Of a stretch of 64,000 nt of DNA, positions 63,611 to 64,000 are shown piece by piece (the first letter of the stretch is position 1; every line of letters begins with the position of its first letter). A program made the position numbers and the translations under genes. Under the pieces are notes generated by a model. The model saw only the letters and a program-made list of their open reading frames with translations. It had not been told where the DNA came from and searched no databases. The DNA is taken from positions 192,001-256,000 of the forward strand of contig OZ245056.1 of assembly GCA_965224705.1 (NCBI GenBank). Direction: 5' to 3'. The stretch is from Spirochaetaceae bacterium. GTDB taxonomy: Bacteria; Spirochaetota; Spirochaetia; DSM-2461.

Positions 63611-64000
63611 CTACACTTTTGTATTCGTCTGCACAAGGTAATAACTTAACCTGGAGATTTTTATGATCAGAATACTATCCAAAGGCACGCTTGCATCAAT
63701 AAAGACCTCCCAGAACCATGTTTCTACACAGATTCGATTTGGGGGAGGAATCAAACAGTGTGATTTTTTTGCTGGAGTAGTGGAAATCCAGACTAAATGG
63801 GATGATACACAGTTGACAGCCGAACTGATCTCTTCAGAGAGCATCTTCGTAGAATCCTTTACACTGTCCTTCAAGTATAAATCGCCAAAAACATCTTCTG
63901 ATACATCTATCTGGTCAGAATCATTCAGCGATGATGTGCTGTCAGAGAGAGTCAATGGGATCCCCGGAGTTGAAACCAGTCGAAGAAATCGCCATGGTGC
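63611..64000 (-). CDS. Possible 3' part of a hypothetical protein entering from the right edge
   Basis: Frame of ORF 63611-63955 stays open to the window end; no recognisable motif. Confidence 0.3.
   Translation of the reverse strand, partial: APWRFLRLVSTPGIPLTLSDSTSSLNDSDQIDVSEDVFGDLYLKDSVKDSTKMLSEEISSAVNCVSSHLVWISTTPAKKSHCLIPPPNRICVETWFWEVFIDASVPLDSILIIKISRLSYYLVQTNTKV

Overview
Chromosomal window of a spirochaete, most likely a free-living Spirochaetaceae member (SpiroCoCo-type coiled-coil protein, grpE-dnaK-dnaJ, stand-alone groES, rny-tlyA). Bases 1-25,200 and 53,400-64,000 are mostly housekeeping genes: chaperones, der, rny, a Gld-like ABC system and a 2-oxoacid:ferredoxin oxidoreductase operon. 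Bases ~25,400-53,300 form an accessory island with four parts. (i) A GC-rich operon encodes an exported caspase-like protease and an FGE/CLec-fold lipoprotein. It is followed by a decayed diversity-generating retroelement (DGR): VR-like 3' end, hairpin cluster, frameshifted HRDC gene and an 8-codon RT stub, with no TR found. (ii) An ~11-kb tandem array holds PD-(D/E)XK/Rpn-like genes of two families that share one C-terminal tail. All seven near-complete copies carry a strong internal Shine-Dalgarno plus in-frame ATG, predicting intragenic small proteins. Nested palindromic repeats separate the genes, and one slot holds a DUF4160/DUF2442 TA pair and a second RT remnant. (iii) A sugar ABC/kinase island. 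(iv) A frameshifted C5 methyltransferase paired with a Mig-like T:G glycosylase between IS1380-like remnants. All calls come from reading the sequence and ORF translations; no searches were run.
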